Shown here: positions 40,039 to 50,620 of the stretch, piece after piece
Position numbering within the stretch: the first letter of the stretch is position 1
Layout: every line of letters starts with the position of its first letter
The notes under the pieces: model-generated
Seen by the model: only the letters and a program-made list of their open reading frames with translations
Database searches by the model: none
Told to the model about the DNA's origin: nothing
Translations under genes and position numbers: made by a program
NCBI GenBank assembly: GCA_020850945.1
Contig: JADZDR010000035.1
Span: 152,434 to 216,433, forward strand
Length of the DNA stretch: 64,000 bases
Direction of reading: 5' to 3'
Source of the DNA: Acidimicrobiia bacterium
GTDB lineage: Bacteria; Actinomycetota; Acidimicrobiia; UBA2766

Positions 40039-41754
40039 TCAGCCCCGCTCGGCGCCTCGGACCGGGGTGTCGGACCTGTTGATGGCTGCGTCATCCGTAC
40101 CGAGATACGACTCGACGACGCGCGGGTTCGAGAGTACGGCACGTGGCTTGCCCGTGGCGATGACCCGACCGAGCTCGAGCGCGACCATCTCGTCCGAGAT
40201 CGAGGAGAGCAACGGCATGTCGTGCTCGATCACGAGGATTCCACACCCCGTGCGGTCCCGGATGCGCAGGAGAAGAGGGCCGAGAGCCTCGGTCTCGCGC
40301 TGCGCGACCCCGGCCGAGGGCTCGTCGAGGAGGAGCACGATCGGATCGTGAGCGAGGATGCAGGCAAGCTCGACGATGCGCCGCGTCCCCGTCGAGAGCT
40401 CCCCCGTGACCTTCTCGCGAAACGGCGTGAGACCAGTGATGTCGATCAGCTCCTCGACCCGCAGGCGCCCCGCGACCTCGGCTTCATACGAGGCGGGGAG
40501 GCGCATGGCGTCGGCGAGCATCGATCGGTTCTCGGCGTGCCGTTCCGTCGCGACGGCGATCGTCTCCTCGACCGTGAGTGACGGGAACAGCATCGCCTCC
40601 TGGAAGGACCGGCCGAGGCGAGACTTCGCACGTTGGTGTGGAGCCCAATCGGTGATGTCGTGGTCCCGGAAGAGGATGCGGCCGCCGTCGATCTCGTGGA
40701 ATCCCGAGATGCAGTCGAGCAGGGTCGTCTTGCCCGCTCCGTTCTGGCCGATGAGGCCGACGATCTCTGCCTCCCGCACCGAGAGATCGACGCAGTCGAC
40801 CGCCTGGATGCCTCCGAACCTCTTCTCGACCGCGCGGCACTCGAGCATGACACGACCGGTCTGGCGTGGTGCGGGGACGGGCGCGGGTGTGGCCGGCAGC
40901 GCGGTCGTCACGGGCGCATGCACCCCGCCAGGTGTGTCGTGTCCGTTCCCCGACGGCGCACCCGCTGCCCCGGCGGCGGTCGTCGCAGGGTGCGCCGGCA
41001 TGCCAGTCTGGGCCGCCCCCTCGAGGAACACGGAGCGGAGCAGGTCCGGCCGCTCGAGCAGATCACGTGTGGGCCCGGTGAATCGCACCTGGCCCTTCTC
41101 CATGAAGACCGCCCGTTGGGCCAGAGTCAGGGCCACGTTCACGGACTGCTCGACGACGATGATCGTCACCCCGTCGGCGTGGATCCGGCGCACGGTGTCG
41201 AGGAGTTCGGCGACCACTGTCGGTGCGAGTCCGAGGGAGAGCTCGTCGATGAGGAGGAGGTCGGGATCGGTGAGGAGGGACTGGGCGAGGGCGAGCATCT
41301 GCTGCTCCCCACCCGAGAGGTTCCCGGCCATCGTCTTGAAACGCCGCTTCAACGCGGGGAAGAGGTCGAGGACCCGGGCCTCCTCGTCACGCAGGCGCCT
41401 GTCGCCGCGTCGCATCCAACCGGCGAGCCGCAGATTGTCGTGCACCGAGAGCGTCGGGAAGACCCCCCGCCCACCGGGCATGAGCGCGATACCTGCGCGT
41501 GCGATCGCGTCCGCGGAGCCGCGCAGGGGCTTGTCCTTGAATGTGATCTCACCCGCCTTCGCCTTGAGGAGCCCGCACACGGCCTTGAGGAGCGTCGACT
41601 TCCCGGCGCCGTTCGTGCCGAGGAGGGCGACGATCTCGCCCCGGGAGACCGCGAGGTCGACCTCGAACAGGACCTGCACCGGGCCGTAGAAGACGTCGAC
41701 TCGGCTCACCCCGAGCAGGGGGGTCTCGACCGAGGCGGGCGCTTCGCTCGTCAC
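40039..41754 (-). CDS. fused tandem ABC ATPase (LivF-like then LivG-like domains) of branched-chain-type transporter
   Basis: Two Walker A sites (GTNGAGKST, GQNGAGKTT) and two ABC signatures (LSGGEQQML, LSTGTRRIV), joined by an Ala/Pro-rich linker. Confidence 0.85.
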   Translation of the reverse strand: MTSEAPASVETPLLGVSRVDVFYGPVQVLFEVDLAVSRGEIVALLGTNGAGKSTLLKAVCGLLKAKAGEITFKDKPLRGSADAIARAGIALMPGGRGVFPTLSVHDNLRLAGWMRRGDRRLRDEEARVLDLFPALKRRFKTMAGNLSGGEQQMLALAQSLLTDPDLLLIDELSLGLAPTVVAELLDTVRRIHADGVTIIVVEQSVNVALTLAQRAVFMEKGQVRFTGPTRDLLERPDLLRSVFLEGAAQTGMPAHPATTAAGAAGAPSGNGHDTPGGVHAPVTTALPATPAPVPAPRQTGRVMLECRAVEKRFGGIQAVDCVDLSVREAEIVGLIGQNGAGKTTLLDCISGFHEIDGGRILFRDHDITDWAPHQRAKSRLGRSFQEAMLFPSLTVEETIAVATERHAENRSMLADAMRLPASYEAEVAGRLRVEELIDITGLTPFREKVTGELSTGTRRIVELACILAHDPIVLLLDEPSAGVAQRETEALGPLLLRIRDRTGCGILVIEHDMPLLSSISDEMVALELGRVIATGKPRAVLSNPRVVESYLGTDDAAINRSDTPVRGAERG

Positions 41755-43931
41755 GAGTCCTGCCTCTCCCCTGCGGGCTCGCTCAGGGCACCGGCGAGGA
41801 GTCGTGTGTCGTCGTGGGGGACAGCGTGTGCGTCGTGCCCGGCCCGCACGTCGATGTCGGTGGCGGCGGACGCGCCGAGGAGGCTGGGTACGACGAGACC
41901 GCGCCGGGCTGCTACGCGACGCAGGAGGGCGTCGCGCACACGGGCGAGGACCCTCACCAAACCGCCCGGCAGGACGAGGAGGACGACGAGGAGGCCGACG
42001 CCGGTGATGAGCAGCCGGAACTCACCGGCCACCTGTTCGAGGGACTTCGCCCCGAACACCCCCATGAGGGATCCCGTCACGGAGCCGATGCCACCGATGA
42101 CGGATTGTGTGAAGACCTCGATGCTCTGGGTCGGCCGGTACGAACCCATGCGGGCACCGTGCAGGAGCATCACGTGCAGGCCGCCGGCCACACCGGCGAT
42201 CGTTCCCGACAGGAGGAAGGCCGAGAGGCGTGTCCAGGTCGACGGTACGCCGAGGGCCTCGGCCATGCGCCTGTTGTCACGCGCTGCGAGGAGGAGCCGT
42301 CCGCTGCGTGTGCGACGGACCCCGACCGCGACGACGATCGCGAGGACCAGGAACGCGAGGCACAGCCAGTAGGCGTTCCGCTCCACCTCGAGGGGGAAAC
42401 GCTCCCACAGGACGGGTCGTACGATCTCCTGCGGTACGAGGTCGGGGAAGTTGTTCGGGTTCAGCACGAAGCTGTCGAGAGTGACGGCGAAGGCGAGAGT
42501 CGTCACGGCGAGGAACGGCCCCTGGATGCGCAGGGCGGGCAGCCCCACGAGGAGGGCGACGACGGCTCCGGTCACCCCGGCTGCGGCGAGGGCGAGGAAG
42601 AAGTCGACGTCGAAGCGGACCATGAGGTTCCCGGCGCAGATCGCGCCCGTCCCCACGATCGCGAACTGGCCGAGCGAGATGTTCCCGCCCCATCCGGTCA
42701 GGACGACGAGTGACACGGCGACGATGCCCCACACGAGCCAGACGCTGAGGAGGTTCTGGACGCTCGGGCCGAAGGCGAGGGGCAGGAGGACGGCACCGCC
42801 GACGAGCAGGAGGACGAGGAGCACCTGGGCAGTCACGACCTCGGGGAGGCGGCGCAGCACACGCGGGATGCGGGAGACGAGACCGGACTCGCTCCAGGAG
42901 GATGCCCCGGATTCCTCGGCCCGGCTGCGCCGGCCCCTCTGTGCGAGGAGTGCCACGAGGATGACGACGAGAAAGGCCACGTCGGCGGCCGAAGCCTTGT
43001 CGGAGTTCCAGAGGACGACCTGCTCGAGCACACCGAGGGCACAGCCGGCCACGAACGCGACCGGCAGTGACTCCATGCGGGCGATGACGGCAGCCGCGAA
43101 GGCCGGAAGGAGGATGGCGGGACCGGCGATCACGCCGGGTGTCACACCCTGGAAGGGGGCGCGCAGCACGAAGGTCAGGGCCGAGAGCGCCCCGGCGACG
43201 ATCCAGACGAGGGTGACGAGGCGTCGGATCGGGATGCCGAGGAGCAGGGCGCGGTCGGAGTTCTCGGCCGCGGCCCGCACCGCGATCCCGGCGCTCGTCC
43301 GCAGGAGGAACCAGGCGAGGCCCGCGACGACGAGGGGGACGACGGCCACGATGAGCATGTGGTCACCTGTGACGAGCACGGGGTCGAGCGTGATCTTGAA
43401 GCCCTGCAAAGGTGTCTCGAACCCGCCGACGACGAGGCCGGTGTTCCCGAAGAAGCGGGGGATGATGAGCTCGATGCCGCCGAGGAGCTGGGCGAGTCCG
43501 ATCGTGGCGACCGTGAGGATGAGCCGCGAGGACCGCGAGAACCTCCGGATGACGAGGACCTCGACGAGTCCGCCGACGACGGCGCCCGTCAGGCACGCGA
43601 GGCCGATCGCGAGCCACCAGTTCCAGCCGCTGTCGAGGAAGAGATGGACGGACAGGACCCCCGCCACACCCCCCATCGATCCGTACGCGAAGTTGACCAC
43701 GTGGTTGGAACGCCATATGAGGATCAGCCCCATGGCGAGAAGGGACGTCACGGACCCGAGCACGGCGCCGATGGCGACGATGCCGAGGGGTGCGCCGTCG
43801 GGGAGGAGACGGTCCGCCGCGAACCAGACGAGCACGGCTGCGGCGCTCCCCGCCACCAGTTTGAGGGGACGGGAGCGCAGCACGCTGCCGGCCTTGGACG
43901 TGTGCGCGGGCACCACGGGGACCGACGTCAT
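41751..43931 (-). CDS. fused LivH-LivM-type ABC permease
   Basis: 726 aa with two permease modules. Its stop overlaps the ATPase start. Confidence 0.8.
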   Translation of the reverse strand: MTSVPVVPAHTSKAGSVLRSRPLKLVAGSAAAVLVWFAADRLLPDGAPLGIVAIGAVLGSVTSLLAMGLILIWRSNHVVNFAYGSMGGVAGVLSVHLFLDSGWNWWLAIGLACLTGAVVGGLVEVLVIRRFSRSSRLILTVATIGLAQLLGGIELIIPRFFGNTGLVVGGFETPLQGFKITLDPVLVTGDHMLIVAVVPLVVAGLAWFLLRTSAGIAVRAAAENSDRALLLGIPIRRLVTLVWIVAGALSALTFVLRAPFQGVTPGVIAGPAILLPAFAAAVIARMESLPVAFVAGCALGVLEQVVLWNSDKASAADVAFLVVILVALLAQRGRRSRAEESGASSWSESGLVSRIPRVLRRLPEVVTAQVLLVLLLVGGAVLLPLAFGPSVQNLLSVWLVWGIVAVSLVVLTGWGGNISLGQFAIVGTGAICAGNLMVRFDVDFFLALAAAGVTGAVVALLVGLPALRIQGPFLAVTTLAFAVTLDSFVLNPNNFPDLVPQEIVRPVLWERFPLEVERNAYWLCLAFLVLAIVVAVGVRRTRSGRLLLAARDNRRMAEALGVPSTWTRLSAFLLSGTIAGVAGGLHVMLLHGARMGSYRPTQSIEVFTQSVIGGIGSVTGSLMGVFGAKSLEQVAGEFRLLITGVGLLVVLLVLPGGLVRVLARVRDALLRRVAARRGLVVPSLLGASAATDIDVRAGHDAHAVPHDDTRLLAGALSEPAGERQDS

Positions 43932-43934
43932 CGG

Positions 43935-45761
43935 TCAGCCGCCTTGGAACACGGGTGGGTCACCGGCAGGCCACTGGCCGACGGGGTAGCGCGTACCCGG
44001 GCTCGTGTCGATGTACGCACCGACTTCACCGTTCTGGGTCGAGCGGGTGTCGCGGCTGTACCACACCTCGCGGGCATCCTGTGTGGGCGTGTACTGGTTC
44101 GCGCCGAACTTCCAGGTACCTGCCGGTCCCGTACCGCCCGGGTAGTTGAACATGCCCTGCTCGAACGTCTCGGGAGTCAGCTGCGGACCTGCCATCTGCA
44201 GGCCGATCGCGAGCATGTACATCTGGTAGTAGATGAGATCGACCGAGAACGCAGGTTCGTCGTCGCGCACGCTCTTGTAGGCGTTGTAGCCGAACGAGGC
44301 CCGCAGCGGCTGGGGGGCGCCTGCATAGGAGATGCCGAACGCCCGTTGCCACTGGTCCTGCTGGAAGAGCTGGCCGACCATGTCCTGGTCGCTGAAGGCG
44401 ACGCCGGAGACGATCCACTCCGGGTGGTAGTCCTGTTCCTCGGCCTTCTGTGTCATGAACACGAGCATGACCGGATCACAGCCGCAGAGGATCGTCGTGG
44501 CGCCGGTGCTCTTGAGTTTGGCGATGAGGTTCGTCGCCTGGTTCGACATGAGGCCGAGGTCGAGCTTGTACTTCTCGTCGGCGACGAGCAGCGACGAGTT
44601 GCCTGCCTTGTCGACGACGGCACGGCCTGCCTTCACGCACTCCTGGTACCACGAGTTCTCGGGGGCGACGAGCCCCACGGATCGCGGCTTGCCCTGGAGG
44701 CCGGGGCCGGCATGGCTCGCCGGCTTGCCGGCGAGCCGCTTGTTGAGGTACTCCGCCGTGGTCTCGACGACGATGGAGCAGTCCGTGAGCTGACTCCACG
44801 AGTAGGGGCGCCGCTGCGTGAGCCACTCCCGCGACATGTACGGCGCTCCGAAGTTCATGACGTTGCGGCGCGAGAGCGCGTCGGCGAAGGGCGGAGTGGT
44901 CGCGTTCAGCTCGGCGAACGCGCCGAGCTCCTCGGCCACCTGGACGGCATCGGCTTCGGCACCCTCCTGGCCTCCGCCGAGCACCTCGACGGTCGAGTCA
45001 CCCTTTCCGAAGAAGAACTTGAACTCGATCTTGCGGCCGTAGAGCTGGAAGCGCGTGTTGAAGTACTCGGCGAGGGCCTCCATGGTGCGCATGAGGTCCT
45101 CAGGCGTGTCGGAGATGTCGGCGCCCGCGGCCTGCTGCAGGGCATCCTGGAACCCGGTGCCGCGACTCATGCGGGCTGTCACGACGATCTTGTCGCCGGT
45201 CACGCCCTTCGTGGTCGCCCCGCCGTTGTCGGCGCTGAACGCGAAGCACGGCGGGGAGTAGGGGTCGCCGGGGACCTGTACGGTGCGGTCGGGACACACC
45301 TCGGCGCCGGGAGGTGCCCCGCCCGTCTGGGCCTGCGTGCCCGCCACATCCCCGGTGGAAGTGCCCGCACCGGAGCCGGCGCTCGACTTCCCCCCGGATG
45401 CGGCGGCGTCGTCCGCCGAAGTGAACTCGGTGACGACGACGGGACCCTTGGTGGGGATGAGGAGCGACATGAGGAGGAGGGCTGCGACGAACCCGGCGAG
45501 CGGTCCCCAGCCGCGCATGATGCGAGCAGCACTCTGACTGCCGTTCGGCCTGTCGACCTGGGGCTCGACGTGCTGCCCTCTGCGGGGTGGACGCGGACGG
45601 GCGGGGGCGTCGTGGCGGGCGGTCCTCGGAGCCGTCGCAACTGTCGTGCCCTGTGCCGTGCGGGCCCAACTCACGTCGGGGCCGTCGCCAGGCGCGTCTC
45701 CCACACCTGGCCGCGCGGTCAGCGCACCTGGCGGGGCATCCGGGGCCGGTGGTGCCGTCAT
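43935..45761 (-). CDS. ABC transporter substrate-binding protein with N-terminal Pro-rich tail and TM anchor instead of lipobox
   Basis: An ATG at 45761 is coupled (ATGA) to the stop of the upstream gene. TM helix LAGFVAALLLMSLLIP, a Ser/Gly linker, and a Peripla_BP_6-like domain. Confidence 0.7.
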   Translation of the reverse strand: MTAPPAPDAPPGALTARPGVGDAPGDGPDVSWARTAQGTTVATAPRTARHDAPARPRPPRRGQHVEPQVDRPNGSQSAARIMRGWGPLAGFVAALLLMSLLIPTKGPVVVTEFTSADDAAASGGKSSAGSGAGTSTGDVAGTQAQTGGAPPGAEVCPDRTVQVPGDPYSPPCFAFSADNGGATTKGVTGDKIVVTARMSRGTGFQDALQQAAGADISDTPEDLMRTMEALAEYFNTRFQLYGRKIEFKFFFGKGDSTVEVLGGGQEGAEADAVQVAEELGAFAELNATTPPFADALSRRNVMNFGAPYMSREWLTQRRPYSWSQLTDCSIVVETTAEYLNKRLAGKPASHAGPGLQGKPRSVGLVAPENSWYQECVKAGRAVVDKAGNSSLLVADEKYKLDLGLMSNQATNLIAKLKSTGATTILCGCDPVMLVFMTQKAEEQDYHPEWIVSGVAFSDQDMVGQLFQQDQWQRAFGISYAGAPQPLRASFGYNAYKSVRDDEPAFSVDLIYYQMYMLAIGLQMAGPQLTPETFEQGMFNYPGGTGPAGTWKFGANQYTPTQDAREVWYSRDTRSTQNGEVGAYIDTSPGTRYPVGQWPAGDPPVFQGG

Positions 45762-47155
45762 GAGTCGGGAATCCTCCTGTGAGTGCGACGCATCCAGAGG
45801 AAGTCACCGAGAGCGAGGGCGACGATGGCGGCGAGGAGCACGCCGGCGGCGAGTGCCGTCGCCGGGTCCGTGTCACCCGGCATCTCCTCCCGCGACGCCG
45901 TCGGCTGCACGGAGGGCGAGGCGATCGCCTGGTTCTGGACCGGGGGTGTCGCGGGAGACGCCGGGGGCGGAGTTGTGGTACCCGGGGACGCTGCCGGGGT
46001 GAGGGGGGCGGGTGCGGCACCGACAGCACCGAAGCCGGCGCCGAAGGGGTTCTCGAAGAAGGAGTCGTCGATCTCGGCCTTGACACCGCCGCTCGTGATG
46101 TGGATGCCGCCTGCGCCGGAGAGGATCCCGAACACGACGTCGATGATCGTGACGGTCGTCGCGAAGTTGCAGTCGAGCTCGAGGAGGTACTCGAAGAGGA
46201 TCCGGCGCAGGGGCTGGATCGCCTCGAGGAACGGTCCCACACCCCGCTTGCCCGCCGGGCTGTCGACGAGGCGGATGGCGAGCGGGGTGACCTCGACGCG
46301 GTTCCCGGTGACCACGACCTCGGGGTAGTCGAAGCGCAGGCCGAGGTCGGCGAACATCTCGTTCCAGTCGGCGAGTCCCGACTTGATGTTCTTCTCTGCG
46401 TTCTTGGGGTCGAGCTCGATGCCGAAGATGCGGGCCTTGCTGAACGTGAACGACCCGGACGTCTCCTGCGCGTCGCCCGTGCGTACGACGGCCTTCCATT
46501 CCGGATCGTCGATCGCGAGCACACCCATGAAGACGATACGGTCGGCCTTGACCGTGGCCGTCGCCATCCTGATGTGGTCCTTGACTTCGGTCACGACCGA
46601 GTTGCGTCCGCCTTCCATCTTCATGCCGAAGTTCAGGGGGAGGATCTCGGTTCCGGCATGCGCCCACGGCTGGGGTGTCGCCCCTGCCCACTGCGTTCCC
46701 ACGGACTTGGGATTGGCGCCGATGCCGACGACCTGGGTGGGTTCGAGCTGCAGGGGCTCGGTGTTGCGGGAGTCGACGCGTATCCCCTGCATGATCGCGG
46801 CGGGATCGATCGCGGGTGGGCTCCCGTCGCAGGAGGTACCGAGCAACGCTTCGAGGAGGCCGAGGTCGAAGCCGCGGCCTTCGGCGATGCCGACGCCCCC
46901 CTGGTACTTGGCGATGGCGACGCCGAAGTCGATGCCGAGCGCGGTCGAGCCGGCGAGGGCTTTGGCGCTCATCACCGTGGCGAGAGTGTCGCCGGCTCCG
47001 TTGTTGAACTCGCCGTCCGGCGGGGTCTGGGCGCCGACTGCACCCGCAGGCGCGAACATGCCGACGGTCAAGAGGATGACCATCCCGATCGCCCACCCGC
47101 CACACCGGCGGCCTATGTCACATCCGGAGCGCCCTGATCCGGACGGTACGCGCAT
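45758..47155 (-). CDS. hypothetical secreted protein with C-terminal Pro/Thr-rich linker, TM anchor and basic tail
   Basis: Signal peptide RRCGGWAIGMVILLTVGMFAPAGAVGA. C-terminus ...TTPPPASPATPP...LAAGVLLAAIVALALGDFLWMRRTHRR. It is the first gene of the second Liv-like operon. Confidence 0.55.
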   Translation of the reverse strand: MRVPSGSGRSGCDIGRRCGGWAIGMVILLTVGMFAPAGAVGAQTPPDGEFNNGAGDTLATVMSAKALAGSTALGIDFGVAIAKYQGGVGIAEGRGFDLGLLEALLGTSCDGSPPAIDPAAIMQGIRVDSRNTEPLQLEPTQVVGIGANPKSVGTQWAGATPQPWAHAGTEILPLNFGMKMEGGRNSVVTEVKDHIRMATATVKADRIVFMGVLAIDDPEWKAVVRTGDAQETSGSFTFSKARIFGIELDPKNAEKNIKSGLADWNEMFADLGLRFDYPEVVVTGNRVEVTPLAIRLVDSPAGKRGVGPFLEAIQPLRRILFEYLLELDCNFATTVTIIDVVFGILSGAGGIHITSGGVKAEIDDSFFENPFGAGFGAVGAAPAPLTPAASPGTTTPPPASPATPPVQNQAIASPSVQPTASREEMPGDTDPATALAAGVLLAAIVALALGDFLWMRRTHRRIPDS

Positions 47156-47320
47156 CCGACCATCCCCCTATGGGCAAACCGCAGGTCACACACCAACGTG
47201 ACTCTCTGGTGAGCATCACTTCCCTGCAGCGCACCCTTCCACCTGCACGCAGCCTGCGATATTCCTAGCAGGTGGGACGCTTCGTGTCAGGGATGGGGGT
47301 TCGGGCGGGGCGGTCTCCCG

Positions 47321-47752
47321 TCACGGGACCGCGGCCAGCGCCGAGCGCAGCAGGGAGGCGACCTCCGTGCGCTGTGCCTCGTTCTCGTAGCCGTGGCGGG
47401 GCCAGAAGAAGCCGCGCAACCCGTCCTTGCGCCGTCGCGGCACGACATGGAAGTGGAGGTGGGGGACGCTCTGGCTCACGATGTTGTTCGCCGCCACGAA
47501 CGTCCCTTCGGCACCGAGGACGTGTGGCATCACTGAGGTGACGCGGCGTACACAACGCATGTACGGCACGAGCTCTGCGTCCGTGAGGTCGGGGAGTGTC
47601 GGGACGTGACGGACGGGAACGACGAGGCAGTGGCCGGGGAAGATGGGTCGGTGGTCGAGGAAGACGACGGCGGATTCGTCGCGGGCGACGATATCGGCCG
47701 GAACGGATCCCACCACCACTTCACAGAAGGTGCACGTGGAAGGGGCAGCCAT
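47321..47752 (-). CDS. HIT family protein
   Basis: Histidine triad HLHFHVVPR. Start MAAPSTCTFCEVV. Confidence 0.8.
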   Translation of the reverse strand: MAAPSTCTFCEVVVGSVPADIVARDESAVVFLDHRPIFPGHCLVVPVRHVPTLPDLTDAELVPYMRCVRRVTSVMPHVLGAEGTFVAANNIVSQSVPHLHFHVVPRRRKDGLRGFFWPRHGYENEAQRTEVASLLRSALAAVP

Positions 47753-47777
47753 GCGCCGTGAGCGTACCTGCCTGCGT

Positions 47778-48393
47778 TCAGGCGGCACCGCAGGCCGCGA
47801 CGTAGCTCATCATGTTGGCGAACTCCGCGCTCTCGAAGAGACCCTGGCTCTGCTGGAAGTTCATCATGTTGATGCCGGTGAGTTGCTGGCCGATGCGGCG
47901 CATGTCGGCCTTCACCTCGTCGGGGGCGACGTCGGCGAGGTCGACGAGGGTGTTGCCGAGCTGGCGGAACGCGGCAAGGGGATCGGCGGTGTTGCCGCCG
48001 TTGAACGCGTTGCTCAGATCGTCCATCGCGACACGCGCCTGGACGCAGAACTCGCTGTCCGGATCGACCTCGGGCAGATCACCGGTGCCGAAGGAAGGGA
48101 AACCACCCGGCCCCGAGCCTTCGGAGCCCTGCGTGCCGCTGCCGTCGTCGACCATGCCCGGATCGGACGGGTCGGTACCCTCGGACCCGCCGTTCGTACC
48201 GGATCCGCCGTCCTGGTCGCCCTGGGGGAGTCCGAAGCCGAAGAGGCCGCCTTCAGCAGTGGAGGATTCGGACGGTCGGTCGGACTGCGACGAGTCGTCT
48301 TCACGCGATGCGAGCTGCATGTTCGCCGTCGTGGCACAGGCCGGCAGGGTGAAGAGGGTGAGGAGTAGGGCTGGGAGGAGGAGTCGGCGCATT
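47778..48393 (-). CDS. hypothetical lipoprotein (Gly/Ser/Asp-rich linker)
   Basis: Start [19 protein letters not shown] with a lipobox. The upstream part of the long ORF is Arg-rich and noncoding-like. Confidence 0.55.
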
Positions 48394-48457
48394 TTCAGGG
48401 TTTCGATGGGATGCGGATCGGGAGGCCGAATCGGATGTGAGAGGTACGCTCGGACCG

Positions 48458-49204
48458 ATGACGCCGCACGATCATGCCAGAGAAATTGCCCAGTCTGCCG
48501 GAAAACTCCTGCTCGGGCTGCGCGAGACTGCCCGCGCGGAAGGGTACGAGCAGGCTGAACTGCGCAAACTCGGTGATCGCGGCTCGAACGAGCTGATCCT
48601 GGACGCTCTCGCGCGGAGCTACCCGGACGATGCCGTCTTGTCGGAGGAGGCCCCCGACGACGCGGTGCGACTCTCCGCGCGGCGGGTCTGGATCGTCGAT
48701 CCCCTCGACGGCACCCGCGAGTTCGGGGAGGGGAGGGCGGACTGGGCGGTGCATGTCGCGCTCTGGGAAGACGGCGAGATCGTCGCGGCGACCGTGGCCT
48801 TGCCCGCTCTCGATGTGGCCTATTCCACGGGCCACCCCCTCCCCGACGTGCCACTCCACACGGGTCCTGTCCGCATCGCCGTGAGTCGCACGCGTCCGCC
48901 TGCCGTCGCCGAGGAGCTCGCCCGCCGTCTCGACGGGGTCCTCGTCCCGATGGGTTCGGCAGGAGCCAAGGCCATGGCGGTCCTGCGGGGTGATGCGGAC
49001 GTCTACGCGCACAGCGGGGGCCAGTACGAGTGGGACTCGGCCGCACCCGTCGGGGTCGCGCGTGCGGCGGGTCTGCACACGTCCCGCGTGGACGGAAGCC
49101 CTCTCGTCTACAACAACGCCGACCCGTACCTGCCCGACCTGCTCGTGTGCCGGGCCGAGCTGGCAGAGCCCGTACTCGCGGCCCTCACGGCCGGGGGTGT
49201 CTGA
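48458..49204 (+). CDS. inositol monophosphatase / 3'(2'),5'-bisphosphate nucleotidase (CysQ) family protein
   Basis: Metal-binding motifs [12 protein letters not shown] and EWDSAA. Confidence 0.7.
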   Translation: MTPHDHAREIAQSAGKLLLGLRETARAEGYEQAELRKLGDRGSNELILDALARSYPDDAVLSEEAPDDAVRLSARRVWIVDPLDGTREFGEGRADWAVHVALWEDGEIVAATVALPALDVAYSTGHPLPDVPLHTGPVRIAVSRTRPPAVAEELARRLDGVLVPMGSAGAKAMAVLRGDADVYAHSGGQYEWDSAAPVGVARAAGLHTSRVDGSPLVYNNADPYLPDLLVCRAELAEPVLAALTAGGV

Positions 49205-49230
49205 GAGTCAGCGACGCGTGGCGGAGCCGG

Positions 49231-50499
49231 TCAACCTGCCTGCGTGCCGACCTTGAGGTCCTTGAAGGGCACCTCGTGGTCGAGGCTCGGTTCGCGGGGT
49301 AGCTGGAGGACCCGTTCGCCGATGATGTTCTTCTGGATCTCGTCCGTGCCGCCGTATATGGAGGGGGCCGGGCTGAAGAGGGCGAGCTCCTGCACGATCC
49401 CGTGCAGCGGCGCGTCCTCGCCGTAGAGCATCCCGTCCGCACCGAGGATGGCGAGCCCGAGGTCGCGTGTGAGGCGCACCATGCGGCTCATGGCGAGCTT
49501 GGCGGTGTTGGCCTCGGGCCCGGGCCCACGTCCCGCCGCCTTCGCGGCACGCGCGCGCATCACGGTGTACCTGCCGATCTCGCTCATCGAGTAGAGGCGG
49601 GCGAGGCTCTGGCGGATGTGGGGGTCGTCGCCCATGTTCCTCTCCCGGACGAGCTCGAGGAGCATCTGGGGGGCACCTCCGAGCAGGCCGGGCACACCGG
49701 CGCCACCGCGCCGGCCCCGTTGCCCGTAGTCGCCCACGCGCTGGTCGAGCACACCCGCGATGGTGCCGGGGACGGCGCCACCGGCGGCCCCACCTCCTCC
49801 CGAACCGAGGCCTTCACGTTCGTTGGCGAGGGTGGTCTTGGCGACGGTCCATCCGTTGTTCACCCCGCCGATGCAGGCGTCGTGGGGGACGCGGGCACTG
49901 TCGAGGAACACCTCGGAGAAGAGGGCATGTCCGGTCATCTCGCGCAGCGGCCTCACGTCGATCCCGGCCTGGTGCATGTCGATCGCGAAGTAGGAGATCC
50001 CCTTCTGCTTGGGTACCTCGACGTCGGTGCGGGCGATGAGCATGCCGAGATCTGCAACCATGCCGCCGGAGGTCCACACCTTCTGCCCGCTCACGATCCA
50101 CTCGTCACCGTCCCGGACCGCGCGCGTCTGCAGGCTCGCGAGGTCGGATCCGGCGCCGGGTTCGCTGAAGAGCTGGCACCAACCGTCCTGGCCGTTGACG
50201 ATGCGGCGCAGGTACCGCTTCTTCTGCTCCTCGCTGCCGTGGGCGATGATCGTGGGCCCGGCCAGCATCATGCCGAGCCCGGAGGGTGGGCCGAGCGCTC
50301 CGGCGTCACGGATCGTCTCGTTCACGATGCGTGCCTCGTCCCGCGAGAGGCCACGCCCGTGCCACTCCTCGGGCCAGGTCGGCGCGCCGAAGCCGGAGTC
50401 ACAGAGGCGGTCCCACCACTCCGCGACTGTCAGGTCGGGGTCCCAGTTCTGGTCGAGCCAGGACTTCACCTCGCGTGCAAGGTCTGTGTCGGTGCTCAT
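49231..50499 (-). CDS. acyl-CoA dehydrogenase family protein
   Basis: FSEPGAGSDLASL and a C-terminal YGGTDEIQKNIIGERVL. Start MSTDTDLAREV. Confidence 0.8.
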   Translation of the reverse strand: MSTDTDLAREVKSWLDQNWDPDLTVAEWWDRLCDSGFGAPTWPEEWHGRGLSRDEARIVNETIRDAGALGPPSGLGMMLAGPTIIAHGSEEQKKRYLRRIVNGQDGWCQLFSEPGAGSDLASLQTRAVRDGDEWIVSGQKVWTSGGMVADLGMLIARTDVEVPKQKGISYFAIDMHQAGIDVRPLREMTGHALFSEVFLDSARVPHDACIGGVNNGWTVAKTTLANEREGLGSGGGGAAGGAVPGTIAGVLDQRVGDYGQRGRRGGAGVPGLLGGAPQMLLELVRERNMGDDPHIRQSLARLYSMSEIGRYTVMRARAAKAAGRGPGPEANTAKLAMSRMVRLTRDLGLAILGADGMLYGEDAPLHGIVQELALFSPAPSIYGGTDEIQKNIIGERVLQLPREPSLDHEVPFKDLKVGTQAG

Positions 50500-50620
50500 A
50501 TGCCCCTCGTCGATGCTGATCGGCCGGCACGGGAATTCAACCATGCGTCAACGGGTCGCAGCCAAGGCGCGGCCGGCCACGGCACTGGTGCACAGCGCCT
50601 TCCGAAGGCAGTCTCTTGCC

